Positions 45,205 to 53,027 of a stretch of 64,000 nucleotides of DNA are shown here, in pieces. This DNA is from Candidatus Harrisonbacteria bacterium (lineage in GTDB: Bacteria; Patescibacteriota; Minisyncoccia; UBA6257; UBA11618): positions 8,017 through 72,016 of the forward strand of contig JAHFLO010000002.1 in the NCBI GenBank assembly GCA_023244855.1. The letters run 5' to 3'. Each line of letters opens with the position of its first letter. Position 1 is the stretch's first letter. Position numbers and translations under genes: made by a program. Under the pieces are notes generated by a model. The model ran no database searches and had not been told where the DNA came from. It saw nothing but the letters and a program-made list of their open reading frames with translations.

Positions 45205-46728
45205 ATGATATCCAACCTATTTGGGCAGGCCGTGTTGGTATTCCTCGGTATTGTTGCGGGGTACTTCGTGCGGCAATCGATCGCTTCGCGAAGGGCGAAT
45301 TCTCTCGAGCAGCGGCTTAAAGCGCAGACTGAGGCGGCGCGCGCGGAAGCGCAAGATATTGTCTTTACGGCAAAGGCGGCAGCCGTATCGGCATTAGAAA
45401 AAGCACAGGACGAAGAGCGCGAGCGCAAAGCGCAATTGAACCGCTTCGAGGAGCGTCTCTTAAAGATGCAGGAAAATCTCGAGCGCGAGCTTTCGGCTGT
45501 GGCAGTGCGCGAAGGCGAGGTGCGCAAGGGAACAGAGCGCGTACAAGAGTTGAGTGCCGAGGCTGAAAAAATCCGTGCGCGGCTTTCCGAGACCATGGAA
45601 AAGATCGCGGGTATGACTTCGCATGAAGCGCGCGAAAAGTTGTTTGCGCAGGTAGCGGAGAGCGCGAAAACGGATTTGGCGTTTTCAATACAGAAGCTTG
45701 AGCGCGAGCGCCGCGACGAGCTCGAGAAACGGGGTGTGGAAATTATCACAACGTCTTTGCAGCGGTACGCGCGGGCGCACGTTACGGAGCTTTCTACTTC
45801 CACATTTATTCTCCCTTCCGAGGATTTGAAAGGTAAGATCATCGGCCGCGAGGGCAGGAACATCCGCACGCTCGAGCGCCTTACGGGTGTCGAAGTCGTA
45901 ATAGACGAGCATCCCGAAGCTATTACCATATCGTCCTTCGACCCTATGCGCCGCGAGCTCGCGCGTATGACGCTCGAGAAGCTTATTAAGGATGGGCGCA
46001 TACAGCCGGCAAAAATAGAAGAAAAGGTTGAGGAATCGAAAGCCGAGCTCGCGAAGCGCGTGCAGGAGTACGGCGACGCGGCGGCATACGAATTAGGCAT
46101 TGTCGATTTCCCGAAGGAAGTTTTGCAGGTACTTGGCAGGCTCCACTTCCGCACGAGCTATGGGCAGAATGTTTTAAATCACTCTATAGAAATGGCGCAT
46201 ATTGCCGGCATGCTCGCTACTGAACTCGGTCTGCGTGTCGATATCGCGAAGAAGGGCGCCTTAGTACACGACATCGGCAAGGCGATAGACCACGAAGTGC
46301 AGGGAACGCACGTAGACATCGGCCGCAAGATTTTAAAGAAGTATGGTGTTGACGAAGACGTCATTCGCGCCATGGAAGCGCATCACGACGAATATCCGCA
46401 CGCCATCCCCGAGGCGTTTATTGTAACGACTGCGGACGCAATTTCCGGCGCACGCCCAGGAGCGCGGCGCGATTCTTTGGAACATTACTTTAAGCGTTTA
46501 GCGGACTTGGAAAAAATCGGCATGGCGTTCCCTGGGGTACAGACGGTGTACGCCTTGTCCGCAGGCCGCGAGATACGCGTATTCGTGACACCCGAGAAGA
46601 TTGATGACTTCGCGGCGCTGCAGCTAGCAAAAGACATCGCGCACCGCATACAGGCGGAGTTGCGGTATCCGGGGGAAATAAAGGTGAATGTAATCCGCGA
46701 AGTGCGAGCGGTGGAGTACGCCAGATAG
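45205..46728 (+). CDS. rny: ribonuclease Y
   Basis: N-terminal TM helix, coiled coil, KH domain (IIGREGRNIRTLERLTGVEVVID) and HD domain (HSIEMAHIAG…LVHDIGKA). Confidence 0.9.
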   Translation: MISNLFGQAVLVFLGIVAGYFVRQSIASRRANSLEQRLKAQTEAARAEAQDIVFTAKAAAVSALEKAQDEERERKAQLNRFEERLLKMQENLERELSAVAVREGEVRKGTERVQELSAEAEKIRARLSETMEKIAGMTSHEAREKLFAQVAESAKTDLAFSIQKLERERRDELEKRGVEIITTSLQRYARAHVTELSTSTFILPSEDLKGKIIGREGRNIRTLERLTGVEVVIDEHPEAITISSFDPMRRELARMTLEKLIKDGRIQPAKIEEKVEESKAELAKRVQEYGDAAAYELGIVDFPKEVLQVLGRLHFRTSYGQNVLNHSIEMAHIAGMLATELGLRVDIAKKGALVHDIGKAIDHEVQGTHVDIGRKILKKYGVDEDVIRAMEAHHDEYPHAIPEAFIVTTADAISGARPGARRDSLEHYFKRLADLEKIGMAFPGVQTVYALSAGREIRVFVTPEKIDDFAALQLAKDIAHRIQAELRYPGEIKVNVIREVRAVEYAR

Positions 46729-46939
46729 TTTTCACGGGAGATAGCGGCCGTAGTCATTTTCGGGAAACATGCTCGCTGCTCTCCTGCGGAGCAGCGGCAT
46801 TCGCTCTCGGCCCGATAAATTCACTGCGGTGAATTACCCAGAGCTATCGGGCCTCCGAGATGTTCCCGCAAAGGCAGTCCGGTCTCCGTCTTGCTTGAAG
46901 TGCGTAGCTTTTATATTCCAGGTCCGCATTTCGTGTATT

Positions 46940-46995
46940 AAAAGAAAGAAAAAAAAGTAAAAAAAGAAGCCGACGGATTTGTCGGCTTCGGGGTC
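46940..46995 (-). terminator. terminator for the minus-strand small membrane protein genes (hairpin gaagccgac-ggattt-gtcggcttc preceded on plus strand by a long A-run)
   Basis: 9-bp stem at 46966-46989. On the minus strand it is followed by a T-rich run about 25 nt long. Confidence 0.45.
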
Positions 46996-47029
46996 CCTTT
47001 CTGCGTTCGGTTGGTGTGGGGGAACCGGG

Positions 47030-47347
47030 TTATTTGGGAGTTGTTTCTGGTTGGGGAGCGGACGGTTTTTTCGCCGCGGATTTTTTGATGCAGAGTGCCG
47101 CGCATCCCCAAAGAGGGAGCGTGCATGAGAGGAGGCAGCTTACACCCATCAAAATTAGGAATAGAACTACTCCCTCGTTGTTCCGTGCGGGTAAGAGCGC
47201 AAGGAAGATGAAACCCGTGAGCGCTGTGAGTACGACGCCCGTAACGATTATGACGAGGGTTGTGCGCGTTTCGATTTCTGGGGGATTTTCCAAATTCAAC
47301 TGATAGCGCAGCCAGGCGAAACGGACTGCGGGCGGCTTGTCAGCCAT
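47030..47347 (-). CDS. small membrane protein (2-3 TM)
   Basis: 105 aa, hydrophobic helices, lysine-rich C-terminus. No recognisable motif. Confidence 0.35.
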   Translation of the reverse strand: MADKPPAVRFAWLRYQLNLENPPEIETRTTLVIIVTGVVLTALTGFIFLALLPARNNEGVVLFLILMGVSCLLSCTLPLWGCAALCIKKSAAKKPSAPQPETTPK

Positions 47348-47360
47348 GTTCGGTCTCCGG

Positions 47361-47645
47361 TTATGTGTGGTGAAGGGGATAAAAGTTGTCGCGGGAGCGT
47401 AAGAACGCTCTCGTCGTTTTCACGATGCCGACCGTGATCGCGAGGATTAGGGGCGGCCAGAGGGAAAACTTCCATTCAAGTGATGTCTCTGGGTACAGGG
47501 AATAGGCGGCGTTTCGCGCAGCTTCTTTCCATGCGTACGGACCGATGATTGCGATGCCTTGCGAGACGACCATGCCGAGCATGCCCGTCATTAGGGTGAT
47601 CCACGGGATTTCTCTCTCCCAAAACAAAGTCCAAAACTTTTTCAT
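47361..47645 (-). CDS. small membrane protein
   Basis: 94 aa, two hydrophobic helices. Adjacent to and co-directional with the preceding small membrane protein. Confidence 0.35.
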   Translation of the reverse strand: MKKFWTLFWEREIPWITLMTGMLGMVVSQGIAIIGPYAWKEAARNAAYSLYPETSLEWKFSLWPPLILAITVGIVKTTRAFLRSRDNFYPLHHT

Positions 47646-47842
47646 AAAGAACCTCCGATTGCGTAATGTCGAAGTGCGTAAATGCGAACTACGGAGATAC
47701 TATGCCATTTTTAGCTACTTAGAGTCAATATTCTGCGGAAAAGCTATATCCTGCTTGCTTTTTATTTCGATATGGCTACCATTAATAGGTAATCGTTCGG
47801 AAAGGTCGCGGTTTTGGAATAGTTAATGTAAATTAAACTCAT

Positions 47843-48118
47843 ATGAAAAAGACAGAATTAGCAGAAGCCTTGATGGCCGCGTGCGGCCTCGAGAGCAAGA
47901 AGAAGGGCGTTGAAGTAGTCGACGCGATGTTCGATATCATCACGAAGGCGATGGTGGCGGGAGACGACGTGAAGATCCCCGGGTTCGGTAACTTCAAGGT
48001 TGCCAAGCGCGCAGCGCGCATGGGCGTTAACCCGAAGACGGGCGAGAAGATTCAGATCAAGGCTTCGATCAAGCCGAAGTTCCGCGCAGGTAAGGTCCTG
48101 AAGGAAGCAGTTATGTAG
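47843..48118 (+). CDS. hup: DNA-binding protein HU
   Basis: MKKTELAEALMAA…GFGNFKV…RMGVNPKTGEKIQI…KPKFRAGK matches HU/IHF signature. Confidence 0.9.
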   Translation: MKKTELAEALMAACGLESKKKGVEVVDAMFDIITKAMVAGDDVKIPGFGNFKVAKRAARMGVNPKTGEKIQIKASIKPKFRAGKVLKEAVM

Positions 48119-48122
48119 CAAT

Positions 48123-48150
48123 AAAAAAACGGCCCCCATGGGCCGTTTTT
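48123..48150. terminator. bidirectional rho-independent terminator (aaaaaaacggccc-ccat-gggccgttttttt)
   Basis: Perfect 6-bp GC stem with symmetric A7/T7 flanks. Serves hup (+) and the convergent minus-strand gene. Confidence 0.7.
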
Positions 48151-48162
48151 TTATTGCTATAT

Positions 48163-48951
48163 TTACTTACGTATTAACCGGCTCATCGCGATGAAGTCGT
48201 CGTAGGCGGCGTTTACGAGGGCATTTGACTGGCGGACCATTTCGTCAATCGTTTCTTCATCTTCCGCCTCCTTCGTATCTGATAGTAAGGTGGATTTCGC
48301 ACGGGCATTCAAGTCAGCAGCCTTTTTAAGTTCGTCTTGCGCCTTTTTTATAAGGTTCATAAACGGGGCGCTTCTCATACCGGGGAGTAATGAGCGTATT
48401 TTTTTTGTGTCTTTTACTATTGAGGAGAGACGGCCGTTACCGGCTTGTACCGAATCTTCGTTTTCGAATACGCTGATGAATCGTACTGCGCGCGCCATCG
48501 TGTCTGTATATGTTCCATCCCGCCACTCTTTAAATTTTTGGGCGATAGATATGACAGCGCTGATACCCGACTCCTGCGTCGTGTCGGTTCGTACCGCTTT
48601 GGTATGGAGTTTAAGATTTGCGAGGTCTGTTATAAGGCTGTCACGTAGGGCAGATTCTTCGTCCGTAAGTCCACTTTGAGCGGCAAGTTGCGCGCTCACG
48701 CTCCGTATCTCTTCTTCTGAAATACTGATCACATTATTCAATGCGCTTTGAAGCGGCGTGGCGTCTGTGGGGCGCTTGCCTATTTTTATGGCATTTAAAA
48801 GATCGAGACTCTCCGTAAGGCGGCTTAAGTCAGATTGCAGGGTGTCAGTTGACGCCGTGCTTGCAGTTTGCGCCTGCGCGAAAAAAAACGGCGCAAAAGC
48901 GAGCGCAAGAATAATAGATATCTTTTTAATTGTCTTTATAGAGTACGGCAA
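48163..48951 (-). CDS. secreted coiled-coil protein, third gene of ECF sigma operon
   Basis: Signal peptide ISIILALAFAPFFFAQAQTAS, then long helical/coiled-coil-like sequence. No recognisable motif. Confidence 0.45.
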   Translation of the reverse strand: MPYSIKTIKKISIILALAFAPFFFAQAQTASTASTDTLQSDLSRLTESLDLLNAIKIGKRPTDATPLQSALNNVISISEEEIRSVSAQLAAQSGLTDEESALRDSLITDLANLKLHTKAVRTDTTQESGISAVISIAQKFKEWRDGTYTDTMARAVRFISVFENEDSVQAGNGRLSSIVKDTKKIRSLLPGMRSAPFMNLIKKAQDELKKAADLNARAKSTLLSDTKEAEDEETIDEMVRQSNALVNAAYDDFIAMSRLIRK

Positions 48952-49354
48952 GGCTTTGTCTTACTTGGTTTGCGCTACCCCAGTTCGTTGAGGGGTCGGC
49001 GATATCCGTTAAGGCGAGGCTTATAACGGGGGATACGCCCGAAAAATACGCGGCGTTCGCTATTGAGTTCGTGGCATTAACGGCCAGTTGTTCCGCTTGT
49101 ATAGCGTTCGTGTCGAGGCTTGCCACTACGGCGCCTTCCGTACTTTCCGGCGCGCGATGCACGGAAACGAATATAAGGAGCGCGAGCGCTCCGGTAGTGA
49201 AGGACATTCTAAATACGGGCATAAGGGACTCGAGTGAAAAACGTCGTGGTGCCGGCGTGATCGCCGCCATCAAGTTTGCGCGCGAGCGTGCCAAAAACGC
49301 CGCGTTAGGGCGGATGCTTTTAAGCGACTTAAGATGTTCTTGTAAATTGTTCAT
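48926..49354 (-). CDS. probable anti-sigma factor (single TM)
   Basis: Immediately downstream of and overlapping the ECF sigma gene. One TM helix (ALALLIFVSV) separates a short cytoplasmic N-terminus from an extracytoplasmic domain. Confidence 0.45.
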   Translation of the reverse strand: MNNLQEHLKSLKSIRPNAAFLARSRANLMAAITPAPRRFSLESLMPVFRMSFTTGALALLIFVSVHRAPESTEGAVVASLDTNAIQAEQLAVNATNSIANAAYFSGVSPVISLALTDIADPSTNWGSANQVRQSLAVLYKDN

Positions 49355-49916
49355 GGGGAACTTCGAGTTTCTTTTTCAATTTCGCAATGGCGCGGTGTTG
49401 GATGAGGCGTACGGCTCCCGCGGTTTTTCCAACCGCAAGCGCAGTCTCTTCGGGCGAGAGGTCTTCCACGTAGCGCATTAGGAGTACTGTCTGTTCCGTA
49501 TCGTTCAAGCTGCGGATGCCACGCATTACGGCATCCATCGCGAGCCCGCGGTCGAGCGCTTCTAAAAGGGCGGTGTGTCCGGTGCTCGCGAGTTCTATGG
49601 GGAGTGTATTATTCTCCGTCATTTCGTCGAGCGAGGAAGTGCCTTTGCGCGTACGGTACCAATCGATGACGCGGTTGCCCGCAATGCGGTATAGCCAGCT
49701 CGTAAGGGGGATGCCGCCGCGCAGCTCGTAACTGCCGATGGTGCGCCATCCGGCAAGGAATACTTCGTGCAGTAAGTCCTCGGAATCGCCTTTTTGACCC
49801 GTTTTCAAGAAGATAAAGCGATAAATCCTTTCCGCATAACGGTCATACAATGCCCCAAAGGCGGTAGAATCGCCGTTTTGAGCGCTTTCTATGAGGATTT
49901 TCTCTTCTTCTGTCAT
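49329..49916 (-). CDS. ECF-type RNA polymerase sigma-70 factor
   Basis: Region 2 (DLLHEVFLAGWRTIGSY) and region 4 HTH (EETALAVGKTAGAVRLIQHRAIAKL). Confidence 0.8.
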   Translation of the reverse strand: MTEEEKILIESAQNGDSTAFGALYDRYAERIYRFIFLKTGQKGDSEDLLHEVFLAGWRTIGSYELRGGIPLTSWLYRIAGNRVIDWYRTRKGTSSLDEMTENNTLPIELASTGHTALLEALDRGLAMDAVMRGIRSLNDTEQTVLLMRYVEDLSPEETALAVGKTAGAVRLIQHRAIAKLKKKLEVPHEQFTRTS

Positions 49917-50080
49917 ATATAACGAATGAATGGGGGATTAGTTTCCATGCCGGAGACTATGGCTCAATACTACCATATGGGGTATAGTAGTAGACGTACG
50001 CAGCTCTTTTGGATGACTCGTCGTTGTTCACCGGGGCTCGCCGAAGGCGGTTGGATTGCAGCCCGCTATCCAACCGTTTT

Positions 50081-50374
50081 TTAATACTCCGCAAATCCCC
50101 GTATCCGGTCAGCTTCACGTTCTACGAGCTCTCCCTCGTATTCGCCGTTATGGGCGTGGTTGCTGCCGTACGAGGGTTTTCCTTGGTCTATGTGGAGATT
50201 TACCACAAGCGCCGTTCCTTCTTTTTTGACGTAGGCGTGGTAGCGGGGATAATCGTGGCCAGAAACGCGGCGCATACAGCTTGCTTCTGCGCCTACCTCG
50301 CGGTCGAAGGCATAGCCACATTGCCGCATGAAGTCCACGGCGCTTTGCTTGAAGTTCGGTATTTTTATGGTCAT
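50081..50374 (-). CDS. hypothetical small protein (98 aa from internal Met)
   Basis: Track ORF 50081-50416 overlaps tRNA-Pro. The start is moved to MTIKIPNF. No recognisable motif (…HAYVKKEGTALVVNLHIDQGKPSYGSNHAHNGEYEG…). Confidence 0.3.
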   Translation of the reverse strand: MTIKIPNFKQSAVDFMRQCGYAFDREVGAEASCMRRVSGHDYPRYHAYVKKEGTALVVNLHIDQGKPSYGSNHAHNGEYEGELVEREADRIRGFAEY

Positions 50375-50387
50375 GGTCGGGGTGCTG

Positions 50388-50458
50388 AGAATCGAACTCA
50401 GGCTACATGCTCCCAAAGCAAGCGTACTACCATTATACTACACCCCGTTCGTTGCTTG
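50388..50458 (-). tRNA. tRNA-Pro (anticodon TGG), C1-G72 acceptor pair
   Basis: Reverse complement CGGGGTGTAGTATAATGGTAGTACGCTTGCTTTGGGAGCATGTAGCCTGAGTTCGATTCTCAGCACCCCGA. Anticodon loop TTTGGGA, T arm CTGAG-TTCGATT-CTCAG. One T.T mismatch in the anticodon stem. Confidence 0.75.
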
Positions 50459-50524
50459 ATTGTGCCCTGTAATTGTCCGTAGGGTCAAACAATGCTAGGA
50501 TTTCGCTTGTATTTATTCGCGTAT

Positions 50525-50596
50525 GCCCTTGTAGCTCAATGGATAGAGCAGGACTCTTCTAAGGTCTTGATGGGGGTTCGATTCCCTCCGGGGGCG
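50525..50596 (+). tRNA. tRNA-Arg (anticodon TCT)
   Basis: GCCCTTGTAGCTCAATGGATAGAGCAGGACTCTTCTAAGGTCTTGATGGGGGTTCGATTCCCTCCGGGGGCG. Cloverleaf verified by hand; anticodon loop CTTCTAA. Confidence 0.85.
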
Positions 50597-50603
50597 CAAA
50601 ATA

Positions 50604-50629
50604 AAACAACCGCTGTAGCGGTTATTTTA
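50604..50629. terminator. hairpin terminator after tRNA-Arg(TCT) (aaaacaaccgc-tgta-gcggttatttt)
   Basis: 6-bp stem with A-run/T-run flanks. Confidence 0.45.
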
Positions 50630-50632
50630 TTT

Positions 50633-50720
50633 TGCTCTGGGAATCGAACCCGCAGGGCGAGAGTTTTTAAGAAGGCTTTTTATAAGCCGACTATAAAAAC
50701 CGATGTTTCGACCGAGCTTG
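50633..50720 (-). pseudogene. degenerate tRNA-like remnant (T-loop GGTTCGATTCC conserved, arms decayed)
   Basis: Minus-strand sequence …GCCCTGCGGGTTCGATTCCCAGAGCA retains a T-loop, but acceptor and T stems pair only partially (5/7 and 3/5) and no clean anticodon arm could be folded. Confidence 0.25.
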
Positions 50721-50795
50721 CGAGGGAGGGGCGATCCCCTCCGGAGGCACATCAATTGAAAAATCACAATCCATCTGCCATACTCGTTTTTATAA

Positions 50796-50867
50796 GCCTA
50801 GGTAGCTCAGTGGTAGAGCGCTACCCTGAAGAGGTAGGCGTCCGGTGTTCGATTCACCGCCTAGGCA
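50796..50867 (+). tRNA. tRNA-Phe (anticodon GAA)
   Basis: GCCTAGGTAGCTCAGTGGTAGAGCGCTACCCTGAAGAGGTAGGCGTCCGGTGTTCGATTCACCGCCTAGGCA. All four arms pair; anticodon loop CTGAAGA. Confidence 0.85.
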
Positions 50868-50931
50868 CACGTATGAAAAGTAGATTTTTCATCGCAATCC
50901 TGTTATTGTGGGAGGCGTAGTTGGTTAAGAT

Positions 50932-51003
50932 GGTGCCTATAGTTTAGTGGTAAAACTCCTCTCTGTGGCAGAGGTGTCACGGGTTCGATCCCCGTTAGGC
51001 ACC
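50932..51003 (+). tRNA. tRNA-His (anticodon GTG) with genomically encoded G-1
   Basis: gGTGCCTATAGTTTAGTGGTAAAACTCCTCTCTGTGGCAGAGGTGTCACGGGTTCGATCCCCGTTAGGCACC. Extra 5' G pairs with discriminator C73, the His identity element. Confidence 0.85.
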
Positions 51004-51008
51004 CACAA

Positions 51009-51659
51009 ATGATTCAAGAAACAACCGTCTTCATCCAGTCGTTCCTTGTATCGTACGGGACGTGGGCATTTTTTCTACTCGGGTTTATGGAAGAGGTTTT
51101 CTTTTTTATACCGTCGGGGCTTTTGTTCCTCGCTATCGGTTTTTTTGCAATTGACGTAGCGGCGCCCTTTGGCTCCGCTCTCGCGCAGGCGTTCGGCCCT
51201 ATAGCGTTTGCAGGGTCTTTGGGGGTACTTGCCGGCGCCTCCATTATGTACGCGCTCGCGTACTGGGGCGGCAAGCCGCTTATCCTTAAGTTTGGTAAAT
51301 ACTGCGGCGTACGGTGGGAGGAAATTGAAAAGATGCAGCGGTTCTTCGGCCGTGGTTATGCGGACGAGCTCATTCTTATTTTCCTTCGCGCTATTCCTAT
51401 TTTTCCCATCAGCGTCGTTTCGCTTTTGTGCGGCACGGTACGCATCCGCCCCTTCGCTTTCGCTGTTACGACGTTCGCTGGAACAGTTTTCCGTGTTGGC
51501 ACGCTTTCTCTTTTTGGTTGGTATGTGGGACGTGAGTTTTCTTTGTATGCGGAAAAAATAGCCCTCTTCGAGCAAGTGGTTGTCGGAGTCGCTGTCATCG
51601 CTTGCATCGTATTTTTCGTAGTGCGCCTCAAAAGGCGCAAGCTACCCATTAATCACTAA
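51009..51659 (+). CDS. DedA/VTT-domain membrane protein
   Basis: Motifs …FLRAIPIFPISVVSLLCGTVRIRPFAFAVTTFAGT… typical of the DedA/SNARE-associated family. Confidence 0.7.
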   Translation: MIQETTVFIQSFLVSYGTWAFFLLGFMEEVFFFIPSGLLFLAIGFFAIDVAAPFGSALAQAFGPIAFAGSLGVLAGASIMYALAYWGGKPLILKFGKYCGVRWEEIEKMQRFFGRGYADELILIFLRAIPIFPISVVSLLCGTVRIRPFAFAVTTFAGTVFRVGTLSLFGWYVGREFSLYAEKIALFEQVVVGVAVIACIVFFVVRLKRRKLPINH

Positions 51660-51668
51660 TCACTTCGT

Positions 51669-52994
51669 CTATCGCACGTCGATCGGGACGATAAACTGGT
51701 TATCGAAGAGGTTTTCGAGTATCGCCTTAGCGCTAACGTTATATATCTGCCGCGATGCTTGTTGTTTGGCGGTATGCACGCCCACTACATAGCCTTTCCA
51801 AAAGATGGGGGAGCCGAAGCGGCCGCCGGCCGTGTCTTCGGTGTCTAAATGGCTTTCGATAAGGAATAAGCTGTCCGCGTAGCGCTTGTCGCCCGCCCAG
51901 TAGCCGGTAACGGACGAAATAAGTCCCTGCATGAAGAGTGTCTTCATGTCGTCGTTATGCCCGAGTGTGGTGCCGCTTGGGAAAGAGAAGTTAAGCGTCG
52001 GGTCGCCAATTTTTGGCAATTCGGAAATAAGGAAGGGCGCTGCGGGGAAGGATTCGGGCATATGCGTCGGCCCGCCGAACCATCGGGCGTCGGGGTTTAC
52101 GTCGCTGAGTTTCAATATGGCAAAATCCATCCACGCATTTTCATAGTCGCTCGCATCATCGCCCTTAGGGACGTACGAAACTTCGGCGAGGTATGCCATA
52201 TAAGGGACGCGCACGAAGGCGTTTATTTTGCGTATCGCCTCCACGCTCGGGAGCGGGTCGGAGGCGGGCAGTTGCCCAACGTAGCATTGCTTGAGTTTGA
52301 AGTTATCGAGGCCGTCGTTCAGGTAGCCTAAATCTACTACGCTACGCGCAGTGATAACGTAGCCGTCGTCCGTTATGATGGCGCCTGAGCCGCGCGTCGT
52401 TTTCTTATCACGGAACTGATCATCGCTTTCGAAATCGCACGCGATGCCGACGAGTGTTTGCGGGTCGATCGGTACCGGTTCAGCCATGACGTCTTTCTGG
52501 GGTACGAGCGTTTCGGGGTCGAGGTTTGTTTCTGCCGCCGGGGCTGGCGGAGGGGGTTGGTAGTTCGCGGCGATATCGTTAACGTTGACGAATCCCTGCG
52601 TTATTTTCCCGTTTTCACCGTTCCATTCAACAGTAATCCATCCTTCTGCATTAGGGGCGGCATCTTCACGGAGTATAAGGTCTTCACCTGGCCGTACCGC
52701 TCCTAGGGCGGCACATTTTTTACCCGCGCACGAGAAAACCGTTATCGCGGCATTCATAGGGATCGCGATCGTTCCTGCCGCCATGCCGTCATTCGTCATC
52801 GCCGCAAGTTCCGCTTCCGTTGGCTCTGCGAAGGCGAACGGCTTTCTAATTTCCGCCGGGGGCGGCGTTTTCTTAATGAGGCGCTCTTTTATGGTAAGGG
52901 CTCCGCCGATAGTTCCTGCCCATACGATAAGGAATCCGAGGGTTGAGATGGTAATGATACCGGTGCGTGAAAACATATGATTGAATTGTACCAT
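51669..52994 (-). CDS. membrane-anchored trypsin-like (S1, PF13365-type) protease homolog, apparently lacking catalytic His and Ser
   Basis: N-terminal TM, then a domain with GSGAIITDDGYVITARSVV (His position reads Ser), DFAILKL (Asp retained) and GGRFGSPIF (nucleophile Ser position reads Phe). Manual alignment to the GxSGSP / TAAH motifs. Confidence 0.55.
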   Translation of the reverse strand: MVQFNHMFSRTGIITISTLGFLIVWAGTIGGALTIKERLIKKTPPPAEIRKPFAFAEPTEAELAAMTNDGMAAGTIAIPMNAAITVFSCAGKKCAALGAVRPGEDLILREDAAPNAEGWITVEWNGENGKITQGFVNVNDIAANYQPPPPAPAAETNLDPETLVPQKDVMAEPVPIDPQTLVGIACDFESDDQFRDKKTTRGSGAIITDDGYVITARSVVDLGYLNDGLDNFKLKQCYVGQLPASDPLPSVEAIRKINAFVRVPYMAYLAEVSYVPKGDDASDYENAWMDFAILKLSDVNPDARWFGGPTHMPESFPAAPFLISELPKIGDPTLNFSFPSGTTLGHNDDMKTLFMQGLISSVTGYWAGDKRYADSLFLIESHLDTEDTAGGRFGSPIFWKGYVVGVHTAKQQASRQIYNVSAKAILENLFDNQFIVPIDVR

Positions 52995-53027
52995 AGGCTT
53001 ATTTGCATGGATTTTTTATCGTAACTA

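Noticed and set aside
43600-46154. Very long minus-strand ORF (843 aa) and plus-strand ORFs 43600-44211 and 43806-44243 overlapping gpmI/rny
   Set aside because: The N-terminal 340 aa of the 843-aa ORF is a Ser/Arg-rich low-complexity antisense translation of rny. The real gpmI starts at MKRTVVLLILDGWG (45131). The other ORFs are antisense artefacts of high-GC coding sequence.
46790-46900. Possible SRP (4.5S) RNA because of a CCCGCAAAGGCAG/TCCGG-like segment
   Set aside because: The conserved domain-IV motif GGUCCGGAAGGAAGCAGCC is absent on either strand.
50633-50720. Possible functional tRNA (selenocysteine or intron-containing) on the minus strand
   Set aside because: A full cloverleaf could not be folded by hand: acceptor 5/7 and T-stem 3/5 pairs, and no anticodon arm. 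Kept only as a low-confidence remnant.
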